Origin: Vicugna vicugna
Lineage: Eukaryota
DNA: 64,000 bases
Reading direction: 5' to 3'
Assembly (NCBI GenBank): GCA_013265495.1
Contig: MU058687.1
Span: forward strand, 1,862,001 to 1,926,000
The position numbers and the translations under genes were made by a program. How positions within the stretch are numbered: position 1 is the first letter of the stretch; each line of letters begins with the position of its first letter. This document shows positions 38,773 to 52,106 of this stretch, one piece after another. The notes beneath the pieces are model-generated. The model saw only the letters and a list, made by a program, of their open reading frames with translations. It had not been told where the DNA came from and did no database searches.

Positions 38773-40595
38773 GGCAGTAAGAAATTTCCTTACTGTTATG
38801 GAGGCTTTTGATAAAAAGTATGGGGACATTGAGGCCAATGAAAGAAAGAAACTAAAGCCATAATTGAGTTATCACAGGTAAAATGTAACAGGATATATTG
38901 GGAAACATGAGATTTGAAGGTTAAATTGCAATAGCACATGAAGAGAATGAATATTTATTATTAAAGATATTTATGACTAAAGAAAGCTTTTGTACTACAG
39001 TTGGGTAGTTTGTGAACTAGACTTTCAGATAATGGGAGACAGGAAGGGTACAAAATTTTTTAAAAAATTTTTTGGTGAGATTGATTGATTATGCTTTTTT
39101 CTGAGTTACTTAAGGTAAACATACTGTAGTTGGCAGCAAGACAGACTATAAACCCCATCCTACCACCCATCCAAAAGTAGCTCCTATATTGAAGGAGTGG
39201 CCTGGCTTGATCTTGTGGGTCTGTACCCACACTTCACCAGTGCTGCCCCCAGTATTTTGTTCCCAGCTGTGGCATTCAGAACTTTCCAGAGAATTCTATG
39301 AAACCACAAGGTTTTGATGATTCCTTTCCTCTTTGCTCTACACTACACACTAAGGCATTAACGGCACACCTGCTATGAGCTTAATACTCTTCTTACTTCT
39401 AGGGGAATATTTATAAACTTATTTGAGAAGCATTATTCATCAAACTACCCCAGGAGACCAAAGAAGGGAGGAAAATTATTTACCCACCACAGGATTCATT
39501 TACATTGGATCAGGAAGCTTCAAATATCTTTCCCCAGCCCATCTAAACTCTTTCCAAAAAGGAATGAGAAGAGAGAAGGGAACACCAAATCCATGGCTTG
39601 GTCATCTACCAAAATGTACCAGAGAAACTGAAAACAATCAGAGTTCTATTGGTAACACTTAGCCAATGGTCCTATAATTCTGATACTAAGCAGCCTATCC
39701 GGTGATGAACAACTAATAAAATATAGAAAACTAAAGCGAGAAGGTCAATATTTCCTTCAGGAGACTGGCAGCCGAACGAATGAATATGACATGAAGCTCC
39801 AAACCAAACCAGCATCCTGCCAAAAAGTACTAATGTCCGTCCGTTTCCAGGACTGTGCACCTTGGACTTGCTGCCGTTGTAATATCACTCTCCTCGAACC
39901 TGTTTCATTTGTAGCCCTTACAACCCACCCAGAACATTACATGGCAAAACAGGATCATCAGCAAAGAAGCCTCGGGAAAGAGCCCGTCGCTCCACACTTA
40001 GATCCCTGTTGCAAACACAGCCCCGCTGAGCCTGAGCTGTAGTTAAGCTAGGGATGGGTGATGCTGTACTGAGGTGGTGAGATCACATGCCAAGTGGACC
40101 CAGAAGACAGTGGCGGTTGGCAGGTGGCAGTGGGCTGCCTCTACTTGTACAGGGGAGTTAGGTAGTTTACAAAGTAAAAAGGCAGAACCCCAGAGTCCAC
40201 AACCCATCACCTGGATGCATGCTTTATTCTTGCTGTAAATGCAGTGTAGACAGAATCACTGCTTGGGCAGAGGTCGCTTTATCCACAGTCACAAATGAAT
40301 GTTATCACCAGCTGTGTCAGTCCTAGAACCTCTTCAGATATGGGTTTAGAGAGGCAGTCAGATTAGATTCAAGGATTTGAAGTGTGTATGCATAGCATGT
40401 TATAAAAGACTGAAAAATCATCCATTGTCTTTATTAAAGAATGAGGGAGATGTTCTGAAGGATACTGGGGACTAAAGACTATTTAGGGCCCCTACTACGT
40501 GGCCCCAGACAAGTGCCATGTTTAAGTATATACATGGTTCTGTGTCTTCTTGATTCTCTATTGTCTATGTGGCATCCATACATTACGGAGTCAAC

Positions 40596-41125
40596 TGTAT
40601 TGACTATATTTTCAATATTCTTGAGGCTTTGACATTTAGGGGCCTTACAAACCCAGGGAGAAACTGACCCTACCAGGCTAGCTGATTACTAAAGATAATA
40701 ACAGCTTGCCTGCAAGCATGCCTTTCACATACAGACCAGCCAATCCCAAGTTTTTATCCCCAACCACCTCCTCATCTAACTCTCACAGGGCAAGCCAAAA
40801 CTTCCTTCACCCTTCCAGGACCAGACACCAGGTGACTAGAGACCACCCCGATAGCCCAAAGCCTGCCAGAATTATTCAAACTAGCCTGTCCCTAAGCTGT
40901 TTCCCCTGCCCTGCCTTGCCTTTCCCAAGGAAACCCCAAGCAAGGCCCTGACCTAGACTTTCCCCTCACTCCTGTCTTCTGTCTCCTGATCACACTGGTG
41001 TTTGCCCCTGTGACCCTGCGTGGCGTGCAGGGACCCCCTCACTGGGACCTGCAATAATCAACTTCTTCCTGCCAAGCCTTGTTCTCACCTCCCGCTGTGG
41101 CCGCACTGACTTTAGCAGACCATAC
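40596..41125 (+). mobile_element. MER74-like ERVL solo LTR
   Basis: Starts TGTATT; tattcttgaggctttgacattt.ggggcctt, ccaatcc, ccccaaccacctcc, aattattcaaactagcc. Possible 5-bp TSD tcaac/ccaac. Confidence 0.8.
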
Positions 41126-42337
41126 CCAACACAGGCATTCTTAGAACAGACATCAGTAGGAAGACTAGCTCTAATTTGTAGTACAAGGAACCAGGAAAAA
41201 ATCTGAATCAACTGGGTTTATATCACCCAGTTCTAACCAACTGGTCACAGCACTTACTTCATCATAGGCTTTGTTACACAAGTGATGTTCGAACAGTATG
41301 TATTTTTCTGGTCCCAGTCTGGCTGCAGCCACACAAGAAGGATGTGGCTCCCTCTACATGGCAAAATCGCCTGGCTGCCAGCCATCGAAATTTCATGCTT
41401 TCCTGTCCTGAGGCCTCTTTCATTTAGTGTCTCTTTCTACATTCGGCAACAAAACTCAAACATAGCTGAACAACCTGAATGGAAGTGGGGGAGGAAACAG
41501 CCTGGCTTTCAGTTTGGGGGAAGAAAGGGGTACTTCTAAGAACCCAGCCGAAGGGGGTTCATTTGCCTTAAAGAAAATCAGGCAACGCTTTTTCTGAAAT
41601 GGATTAAGAAATGGGCTAGTGAGATAACATCTGAAAATTGATATTGTCTCTTGCTGAGCTGGCAAAGTCCCAAGAGAGGAGTGATGATTTTTCAATTGTT
41701 AACAATTACTACTTTGTTATAAAGAGACAAGGGAAGTGCGGTGGCTTCTTTCTCAAATTACGTTTATATTACAGAAGCACACACACCTCCTGGAAAAAAT
41801 ACTTGGCACCCTGGATATTAGAGTTGTACCTACCACTGCATCTTGTAGCAGATTTGTGCTGTCCTGTGGAATATCCATTCACTTTGGGTGGAAAAAAATC
41901 CTGTTTCTTCTTGTAGTCCTGAATTGAGCAAGTAACCAGAATAGCGTTGCCTTACTCTGTGAGTCGTTACGTACTTATCACTACAAGTCATCAATCTATA
42001 CTCTGTGGTTATTCCTCCCATGAACCCACACATCGTGCTGCTAGCTTCAATGAGATGCTTGTTTTAGGCACATACCTTTGCTTTACCATCCTTATATCCT
42101 GAGGACATAATTGCTCCTAAAAGCTCTAAAGAAAGAAACAGCATGCTAAGCCATGCCTGTCTTTGGAAAGAGCGAGCTTTGCACATGGAAATATTTACAG
42201 TTCTGCTTGCCTGAGCCATAGAATTTGAACCGGGCCCCAAAGAGTGTAGGTGTGTGATGCAGGGCGTGGAGAGCGGCGACGTGAAGTATATTGCCCTGTT
42301 GGCATGATTGGCGCTGATATTTATCCTGTGCTCCTTA

Positions 42338-42471
42338 TTTGGCGGGGGATAATTAGGTTCATTTATTTACTTATTTATGTTTATGTTTTTAATGGAGATA
42401 CTGGGGATTGAACCCAGGACCTCATGCATGCTAAATACGCACTCTATCCTTGAGCTATATACATCATCCCC
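42338..42471 (-). mobile_element. Vic-1-like camelid SINE
   Basis: tactggggattgaacccaggacctcatgcatgctaa...tgagctata. TSD-like atcctgtgctcctt / atcctgtattcttt. Confidence 0.9.
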
Positions 42472-44464
42472 ATCCTGTATTCTTTCAAATTATGATTATA
42501 AGGGAAAAGACTCAGATTCTCTTAAATTCTCAGAATGAAGTGCATCACTAGTAAAAGTAAAACAAGAGTGTCTTAAATGTCTTCATTTTCATCTTTCGGA
42601 CATGCACATATGTCCATTTAGGGCTTCTGCTGATATCAAGGAGTCCTCTTCTGTTGAAACCTAAATCCAGGTTGACTAGTTATCTGACACCAAAGTGAAA
42701 CAGCTTGAATGTGTGGAGTGTCCCTTTAGTTACATCAATAAAACATAGCATGTATAAAATGAGGACCAACCAGGAAAAGCCAAGCTGATTGTAAGATGGT
42801 GTGAAGAAAAAAAGCGTCATCTGGTTAAAAGTTGCTATTTTAGTGTTATTTGTTTGTTGATTGGCTTGTATTAGGTAGAAGATTCACTCCTTTATATCAA
42901 TTGGACTGAAAAGTGATTTCCACTCACTTCTAACTTGCTTCCCAGGGGAACTGAGACATGTGACAAGCCCAAATGAAGACATTTTGGAATTAGACAAGAG
43001 TTTTTTTTAACCTATCATGACTGAGATGCAAAATTTATTAGGTAATGACTTTTTATAGTTATGAATCAGATATTAGAATATGGAATTTTTCAAACTGCAA
43101 CTCTTTTTTAGAAATATGACTTCTCTCAGGCCTTCTATTTTATATTTATTCATCCTTTCTACTGTTCTCCAGTTTAAGTTACCATTATGCATGGTACATA
43201 TTCTTACCCTCCTCTTTTTATGCAGAAGATTTGAGTTGTGTACAGTAGCCTTCTGATTATCAAGAAGAATGATGCACGCTCAGTTTACCTCTGTTAAAGA
43301 AAGCTATTTTCCATACGCACAGGGAAGAAACAGTCTCAAGAGCCAGACCGCGTGAAGACCCGCAGCCTTATCTGGGACAGTTAGCAGATCCTACTGGCTA
43401 AGGAACAGATCTGTTAGTCCATCCCCATGACCAGGTCATCTGCTGTCTCCTCGGCAGTTGGCTCCTGTTGTTCTCCAGGTTCACAGCTCTGCCACACTCA
43501 TGGCTCGGCCTCTCTGTGTGGTTGTTTCTCCCCCTACTTTCTGCCTTCAGCTTCCAAAAGACAGAACCAGAATGCTTTCCATTCATGCATCCGGCAAAGT
43601 GCCACTGGTGCACAGAACTGCAGGTGGGCGTCTGCTGCCTCCCAGAGAGACGCCAGCTTGCTGCTGGTGTTAGTGTGGTCATGTGATACAAAGCTGCCAA
43701 CCTGTGCATTTTTGGCAACTTTCTTCAGGTGATATTGTAGCTAAGCAAGTACAGCGTAGACTTTTATTATTTTTTGTTTTATTATTGAACAGTCTTCAAA
43801 ATTAAAATAGCCTGCCTTTGAATTACCTAGTATTTCTGATCCTTTTCTTACAATATTTTATAACCACTTCCTGTAAAGGAAAGAATGACTGGTCATTACC
43901 CTTAAGATAATAACCTCATATACACTCATAAGTTCACTATCAGCCTATCTGTTACAGTGCAGAACCCAGTATAAAGATGTTCTGTTTTAGATCACATCCA
44001 AGGATCTCATTATAAGAGAATAAAATTAAAATGAGGTTTAGTTTATTTCAAAAACATCATCCTTCAGCTTTTTTTTCCTCTATACCAACCGATTGGAGCT
44101 CTTAACTTTATCACATTGATCAGTTTTTGCTTTTGAACACTGAAGTGTCTTTTTAGTCTCTTCTGAAGTCTCCATGAATTCTTTAGACTCTTCTTAAATT
44201 GGACAATACCTGAAACTGGACACTATAATATTAGGTCTCTACCTAGTATGGAGCGTAGCCTAAAAATTTTCAGTATGGTTCTGGAGTCATAGATTACACT
44301 TTCTCTTTATGTTTGTACAGTGTTCTCGGAAACAAAACTAGAGTTCTCTCAACGCTTACCTCTCACCTTCCGTACTTCCTCTTCCTTCAGGTTTGTTGCC
44401 ATATGGCAGTATCACTGTCATCATCAGTAACAATATCTAACTTTTGTAAGAATTCAAGTGTAAA

Positions 44465-44616
44465 ATGGGAAGAACGTAACTCTGAAGTTAGAGTGTCCTG
44501 TCTGGGCTCCACCACTTCCCAGTAGGCAACCATAGGCTAATAACATAACCTCTTTGAGTCTCAGTTTTTCTCATGAAGATATCAATCCTGCAGGATTGAT
44601 GTAAAGATTATAGATT
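44465..44616 (+). mobile_element. MIR, interrupted by the L1 block that follows
   Basis: ctctgaagttagag...ggctccaccactt...taacctctttgagtctcagtttt...gtaaagatta. Resumes after 46241. Confidence 0.7.
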
Positions 44617-45478
44617 GCCTCAACAACAAAAACCGATCAGCCTAATTTAAAAATGGGCAAAGAACTGGAATAGACCTTTCTCCAAAAAAGATATACAGAT
44701 GGTCAGTAAGCACATGAAAAGATGCTCAACATCACTAATCATAAAAGAAATACAAATCAAAACTGTAATGAAATACCACCTTACACTCATTAGGATGGCT
44801 ACTATTAAAAAAAAAGTACAGCAGAAAATAACAAGTATTGGCAAGGAAATGGAGAATTAGAACCCTTGTGTGCACCAATGGTGAGAGTGTAAAATGATGC
44901 AGCCGCTATGGTGGTTCCTAAAAAAATAAAAACAGATTTATCATACAATTCAGCAATTTTACTTCTGTGTATGTACTCAGAAGAACTGCAAGCAGGGTCT
45001 TGAATAGATACTAGTATGCCCATATTCATAGCAGCATTATGCACAACAGCAGAAAGATAGAAACAACCCAAGTGTCCATTAGTAGATGAATGGATAAACA
45101 GAATGTGGGATACAGATACAACAGAATATTATTTGTACTTAAGAAACAAAGACTTTCTGACACGTTACAAGTGGATGAACCTTGAGAACATTACGCTGAG
45201 TTAAGAAGCCAGTCACAAAGTGACAAATATTGTATCATTCCACTTATGTGTAGGACCTAGAGTAGTCAAATTCATAGAAACAGAAAGTAGAATGATGGTT
45301 GTCAGGGGCTCGAGGAAGGGCAGAATGGAGGATATTTTTTTAATAGGTACTGAGTATCAGTTTTTTAAGATGAAAAGAGTTCTGGAGGTCAATGGTGGTG
45401 GTGATGATTGTACAATAGTTTGACTGTACCTAATGCCATGGAACTGTTCACTTAAAAATGGTTCAGATGGTAAATTTT
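44617..45478 (+). mobile_element. L1MB-type 3' end; its final bases resume at about 46198
   Basis: aaaatgggcaaagaactggaatagac...agtagtcaaattcatagaaacagaaagtagaatg...cacttaaaaatggtt.agatggtaaatttt. Confidence 0.92.
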
Positions 45479-46197
45479 CCCCCTCTTCTCACCTCTGATG
45501 ACCACCAATCTATTCTCTGTATCTGTGAACTCAATTTCTTGTTTAATTGCTCTGGCTAGGCCAGTACAACATGAAACGAAAGTGGACGTTCTTGTTTTGT
45601 TTCTGATGTTAGAGGGGAAAGCTATCCGCTTTTCACTGTTGAGAATGATGTTAACTGTGGACTTGTCATATATGGCCTTTATTATGTTGAGGTGGGTGCC
45701 ACTTTTGTTGAAAGTTTTTATCATAAATGGATACTAGTTTTGCCAAATGCTTTTTCTTTTTCAATTGAAATGATCACATAATTTTTATCCTTTGTTTTTT
45801 TAATGTGGTGTATCACATTGACTGATTTGTGGCTGTTAAACGATCCTTGAATCCCCGCAGTAAATTTCGCTTGGTCATGGTGCATGATCTTTTTTATACA
45901 CTGTTGAATTCAGTTTGCTAATATTTTGTTAAGGAGGATTTTTACATCTCTGTTCATTAGGAATATTGGCCTGTCATTTTCTTTTTCTGTGGCATCCTTG
46001 TCTGGTTTTGTTATCTGGGTAAGTCTGGCCTTGTAAAATTAATTTAGAAGTGTTCCTTCCTCTTCTGTTTTTTGGGAGGAGTTTGAGAAGGATTGGTACT
46101 AATCTGTCTTTAAAAGTTTGGTAGAATTCACCTGTGAAGCTGCCTAGTCCTGAACTTCTGTTTGTTGAGAGGTTTTTGATTGTTGATTCAGTCTCAC
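45479..46197 (-). mobile_element. Antisense L1 piece: ORF2 RT region fused to a short 3' UTR bit, no poly(A)
   Basis: ORF-track peptide LNIIKAIYDKSTVNIILNSEK is ORF2 RT. accaccaatctattctctgtatctgtga at 45500 is 3' UTR. Confidence 0.88.
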
Positions 46198-46213
46198 TTT
46201 ATGTTATGTGTAT

Positions 46214-46238
46214 ACACACACACACACACACACACACA
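46214..46238. repeat. (AC)n microsatellite at the L1MB tail
   Basis: Pure AC run. Confidence 0.9.
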
Positions 46239-46269
46239 ACTATAGATTATGTATGTAGTGTACCGTCGT

Positions 46270-47110
46270 TCTTTAGATCAAGATAAAACTGGATAAAAAG
46301 TCTTGCATGATCTTACCTACCCGCCATCCTTACCTCACACCCCCTCCCCTCCCCCACCCCCATGCTTTCTTCACACTGGCCATCCTGACCTTCTCTGAAC
46401 TCCCCACAGCCCCTCAGTCCACGGAGCCTTTGCAGATGTCGCCCTACCTGGAATGTTCTTCCCCTTCCCTCAAGTGTGTTTCCTTTCTCTGGCCTCTCTG
46501 ATCAGGGCATGTCCCCTTTTCACAGAGAGCTGCGTGGCTCTCCTCTGTAGCATTGGTTAAGGTTCCTTGTGATTGTCCATCAGTGTTTGTCTCTCTCACT
46601 GGACTCGAAGTTCCATGGGGACAGAGACTGTGTCTGTGTCACCTTCACACGCCCAGGGTTGAGCAGAGAACCTGTAGAGCAGGTCTGCCATCGGTGTTTG
46701 TGACTAAGTGAGTTAGCAGTTCTCTTCCTCACTTAACAAAGAGAAAATTAAGGTGTAGAGACTAAGAAACAGCCCAAGTTCACGTAACTGATAGGTGGTG
46801 AAGCCGAGCTTTGAACCTAGGTTTGACTTCCAAGCCCTTGCTCTTAACCACTGTGGTCACAACAGCAACTAAACAACAGTCATCATTGTATCGAGCACTT
46901 GTTATATGCCAGGGACCGTGCTAAGCGTTGTGTGTTAATCACATTTCATCTTCTTTGACCCTACAAAAGTAGGTGGCTTTGGTGTCTCTGGTTTGCACAC
47001 GGGGAAACTAAAGCTGAGAGAAGTTAAAGTAATACGTCCAAGCCACACCATCAGTAGTGGAGCTGAAATTCAAATCAAAGCAGCTTTATTTTATAACCTG
47101 CTGAACTAAC
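46270..47110. mobile_element. L2 3' end (+, about 46270-46720) followed by two MIRs (-)
   Basis: gtttgtctctctcactggactcgaagttccatggggacagagactgtgtc; gagctttgaacctagg...ctcttaaccact; ggggaaactaaagctgagagaagttaa. Confidence 0.8.
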
Positions 47111-47571
47111 TCATCATATCAAAACTCTAGGCCTGTCTAGGTGATTTTGTTTTCCCAGCTTCCTTTGCTAATGCAACTAAGTGGCTGGTGACCAGGCCCT
47201 CTGGCCTGGACCTCTCTGAAGTGCCTGGTGGTTATTTCCAGTTGCTCAGCAGGGGATTCCTGGCAGTGTGGGGGCATATCTGGGTGAGACTGGCTTGCCT
47301 TTAATCCAGCTGTTTAACTTTCCCTCATTTGGATGGAGCCAGACCCGGGAAGTAGGAAGATAAAGATCAAGGTGGACCTTCTGCCTCTGAGTCCATGGAT
47401 GAGGGAGGGGGAGGGGAGTGGTGATAATCTTCCCCACACCTCAGGAAACCCCCGCTAAAGGGGCAGCATTTCTCATTGGCCAGGAGCCTGGGACCTTTGT
47501 GGCAGAGGGTGGAGCTGAAGGTGGGAGGCGGGAGGGTTGGGGGGAAAAGAGAGATGGCTTGGGAATCACAC

Positions 47572-48125
47572 CTGGATTAGTGAGGAGAGCATTCCCTGCA
47601 GGTAACAGAAACTCAGAAAATCAGTGGCTTACATAAGTAAGGGATTTATTTTTCTCACATCAAGAAGTTCAGAGACAGGAAATGCAGGCTGTAATGCAGC
47701 TCTTCAGAGATGTAATGGAGGAGCTAGGCTCCTCTTTTTGGATCGACTAACCCTAAAGCATTGGTTTTTTTGTTTGTTGAATTGTTTTGTTTTTGTTTTT
47801 TTGTTTGTTTGTTTTCTCTTGTCATGAGGTGGTTCCTGTTCCTACTGGCATTGTATCCACGTTCTAGGCAAGAAGAGGGTGGGAGGTGGGCAAAAGACAG
47901 ATGCCTGCTAAATCCGTCCACTTGAAAAAAAAGGCTTTCATGAAAGCCTAGCAGTTCCAACTAATATGTCATGGCTCTGGATCCTATGCCCGCTTCTCCC
48001 TAGCAACAAAGGAGTCTGGCAAGGTAGTCTCTTAACCAGATGCATTGCCTCTCCAAGCAAATTGAGGCAGTCCTATTGAAGAAGAAGGGAGAATGGTGTT
48101 CAGAAACATCTCAGTTTCTGTCACA
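47572..48125. mobile_element. MaLR solo LTR (MLT1J-like)
   Basis: gtaacagaaactcagaaaatcagtggcttacataag...gatttatttttctcacat...ctagcaacaaaggagtctggcaag. Confidence 0.7.
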
Positions 48126-49170
48126 ACACGTTTCCTTTCCAGAGTCTCCTCCCTTGCTGCATAGACTTCATTACCTTTCTGCAGCCCCTCTCCACCAGCT
48201 TCTTGACTGCTGCAAATAGAAATGCCATTCCTAGACCCTTGTTGCCCCAGACCTAGGTCTTAGTACATGGGATTGGGGAGGTATCTGTACTTTAAGTTTT
48301 CAGGAACACATAAGAGTCCCCATCTTCATGGATGAAAGGTCACTATAAATGAGGTAGGTGGGAAAATGAGGCAAAGAGAAAAAAAGGAATTCCATAAATG
48401 TGTTTATTAAAATGATAAATTTCCTCTAAGCATAATATAAATTTTTGATGTACTGCACCATTTACATGAATCATTGACTATTTGCTTCTAATTATTCTGC
48501 AAAAGAATGACTACGTATACTCAAATTCTGCAGATTAAGTTGCTATCTTTAAGTTTAATTTTATTACAATACTAAATTCTATTCATGTATGTTGTCTTCT
48601 TAAGATTTTGCTCACAGTACATCTGCTTTAAAAACTGAGAGAGGTTATTAATGACCTCTGTTTCATTTAAAGAAAAGCTTCTTTGTACTCTGGTCTTTGC
48701 TGAAGTTCTCCAAAAAGAATAGTGCTAGAGCCTGGCAGAATTTTTATCAGGTTTTAAAAGCAACAGTAATCAAGATAGTGTGGCATAGGATAGATCAATA
48801 GAATAGAATTGGGGGTCCAGAGATAAAGCCATTCATCTATGGCTAATTGCTTTTTATCAAAGGTGCCAAGACTATTCAACTTGTGGTTGAAGAGACTCGT
48901 GATGCTGGAACAATTGGTTATCCATATGCAAAAGAATGAAGTTGGACCCCTACCTCACACTATATGCAAAAAAATTAACTCAAAATTGATAAAAGACTTA
49001 AATGTGAAGACTAAAACAATAAAATTCTTAGAAGAAATCTTAGGAGTAAATCCTCATGTCCTTGGAATAGGCCAACAATTTCTTAGATGTAACACCAAAA
49101 AGCATGAGCAACAAGAAAAATTAAGTAGGCTGGACTTCATCAAAATCTAAAAATTATGTGCTTCAAAAGG

Positions 49171-52106
49171 ATATTATGCTTATTAACACATACATACCCA
49201 ATCCATGAACACCTAAATATGTGAAGCAAATATTAACAGACATAAAGGTAGAAGTTGACAATACCATAATATTAGGGGACTTTAGCACCCCACTTATATC
49301 AGTGGACAAATTATCCAGAGAGTCAATACAGCAATAGTGGTATTAAATGACACAATAGACCAGTTGGACTTAATATCTATAGGACATTATATCAAAAAAC
49401 AACAGATATGCACATGGAACATTCTCCAGGATAGATCATGTACTAGGCCACAAAGCAAGTCTCATCAAATTTAAGAGGACAGAAATCGTATTATGCAAGT
49501 TTTCTGATCACAGTGGTATAACGTGAGAAATCAATTACAGAAAGAAAAATGGGAAAAGAACAAACATGTGGAGACTAAACAACATGCTACTAAAAAAACA
49601 ACAGATCAATGATGAAATCAAAGAGGATATCAGAAAATTCCCCAAAGACAAATGAAAATGGAAGCACAACACTCCAAAACCTATGGATGCAACAAAAGCA
49701 GTTCTAAGAGGGATGCTTATAGCAATACAAGGCTTCCTCAAGAAACAAGAAAAATCTCAAGTAAACAACCTAACCAACCACCTAAATGGATTAGAAAAGG
49801 AAGAACAAACAAGGCCCAAGTCAGCAGAAAGGAAGGAAATTATAAAAATCAGAGAAGAAATAATTAAAAGAGCCCCCCTCCAAAAAGAAGAAAAAGAAAA
49901 GATAAATGAAACCAAGATCTGCTTTTTTGAAGAGGTAAACAAAATTGATAACCCTTTAGCCAGGCTCACAAATAAGAAAAGGGAGAGGCCCTAAAAAAAC
50001 AAAATTAGAAATGAAAGAGGAGAGAGAACATCAATACCACAGAGATACAAAAAATCATAAAAGAACACTATGAACAGTTATATGCCAAAAAATTGAACAA
50101 TCTAGAAGAAATGGACAAGTTTCTAGAAACAAAGAACCTGCCAATACTGAGTCAAGAAGAAACAGACAATTTGAACAGATGAGTCACTAGTAGTGATATT
50201 GAATTTGTTGTTTGAAAAAAAAAAATCCTAACAAGTAAAAGTCCAAGACTGGGTGGCTAGTTTCGTAGGGGGCTTCTACCAAACACATAAAGAAGAATTA
50301 ATACCCATTCTTCTCAAACTGTTCCAAAAAATTGAAGAGGACAGAACACTCCCAAATTCCTTTTACAAGTCCACTATTACCCTGATAACCAAAACCAGAC
50401 AAAGACACTACAAAAAAGAAAGGAAAAAAGGAAGAAGGAAGGAAAGAAGGAAGGAAGGAAGGAAGGAAGGAAGGAAGGAAGGAAGGAAGGAAGGAAGGAA
50501 AAGAAAAGAAAATTATAAGCCAAATCTTTGAATGTAGATGCAAAAATCCTAAGCAAAATATTGGCAAACTGAATCCAACAATATGTAAAAAGGATCATTC
50601 AACATGATCAAGTTGGATTTATTCCAGGGTCACAAGGATGGTTCAACATTTGCAAATCAATCAGTGTGATACAACTCTTGCCACTTCTACTTAACATAGT
50701 ATTGTAGTCCTAGCCACAGCACTCAGAGAAGAAAAAGAAATAAAAGGCACTGAAATTGGAAGGGAAGAAATAAAACTGTCACTGTTTGCAAGTGACATGA
50801 TACTTTATATAGAAAACACTAAAGTCTCCGCCAAAAAAACTGTTAAAACTATTAAATGAATTCACTAAAGTAGCAGGGTACAAGATTAATATGCAGAAAT
50901 CTGTTGCTTTTCTCTATGCTAATAACTATCAAAAAGGTTTTTTTTAAAACCCACTTAAAATCGTCAAAAAGAACAAAACACCTAGGAATAAACTTAACCA
51001 AGGAGGTAAAAGAACCATACTCTGAAAACTGTAAAATATAGATGAAGGAAATTGAAGATAATACAAAGAAATGAAAATACATCTCATGTCTTGGTTTGAA
51101 AGAATTAATATTGTTAAAATGGCTACACTACCCAAAGCAATCTACAGATTTAATGCAGCGCCTATCAAAATACCCATGACATTTTCCACAAAACTAATAA
51201 ACTAAATAATCCTAACATTTATATGGAACCACTTAGAAGACCCTGAGTTGGCAAAACAATTTTGAGAAAAAAGAGCAAAGTTGGAGGTCTCACCCTCCCA
51301 GACTATACTACAAAGCTACAGTAATCAAAACAACATGGTACTGACACAAAAATAGATGCATAGATCAATGAAACAGAATAGGAACCTCAGAAACAAATCA
51401 AGGCACCCATGGTCAGTTAATTTGGGACAAAGTAGGGAAAAATAGGCAATGGAGAAAATACAGTCCCTTCAATAAGTATTTCTGGGAAAACTGGACAACG
51501 ACTTGTAAAATGATGGGATTAGGACTTTTCCTCACACCATATACAAAATCAACTCCAAATGGATTAAAGATATAAATGTAAAACTGGAAACCATAAGTTT
51601 CCATCAACAGATTAATGGATAAAAAAGATATGGTATATATACAATGAAATACTACTCAACCATAAAAAAGAGTGAAATTCTGCTATTTGGAACAATGTGG
51701 ATGGAACTAGAAGATATTATGCTTAGTAGAATCAGTCAGGCAGAAAAAGACAGGTACTGTATGATATCGCTTATATGTGGAATCTAAAAATAAAACAAAT
51801 GAATGTATGTAGCAAACCTAAACAGACTCACAGATATAGAAGACAAACAAGTAGTTACCGGGGGGACAGGGAAGAGAGGAGAGGCAAGATAGTGGTATGA
51901 GATTAAGAGATACAAACTAATATGTGGTAAGCACAAGATTGTGTTGTTCAGTACAGGGAATTATAGCCATTATTTTGTAATAACTTTTAACAGAGTATAA
52001 TCTATAAAAACACTGAATCACTATGCTATACACCTAAAACTAATATAATAAGTCAAATATCCTTCAATTAAAAAAGAATTGAATAAAGACCAATACAAAG
52101 TGAAAA
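49171..52106 (+). mobile_element. Nested 5'-truncated L1: decayed ORF2 endonuclease/RT and 3' UTR, two internal deletions
   Basis: ORF2 peptides DATKAVLRG..IAIQ and [25 protein letters not shown]-like aaattatgtgcttcaaaagg / aaatatgtatttcaaaagg. Confidence 0.92.
50412..50512. repeat. (GGAA)n purine microsatellite inside L1 ORF2
   Basis: Pure GGAA run about 50446-50500, expanded from the L1 A-rich aaaaaagaaaa stretch. Confidence 0.95.

Noticed and set aside
40115..40135. Second CTCF-like motif TTGGCAGGTGGCAGTG
   Set aside because: It lacks the conserved CC at the 5' end of the core, so it is a weak match.
43712..43806. Acceptor-like ctttcttcAG followed by a short open frame
   Set aside because: The peptide runs into T-rich low-complexity sequence and has no other support.
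44321..44390. Possible cryptic 70-bp exon (tgtacAG...cag|GTTTGT)
   Set aside because: Weak donor, frame-shifting length and no protein similarity I can recognise.
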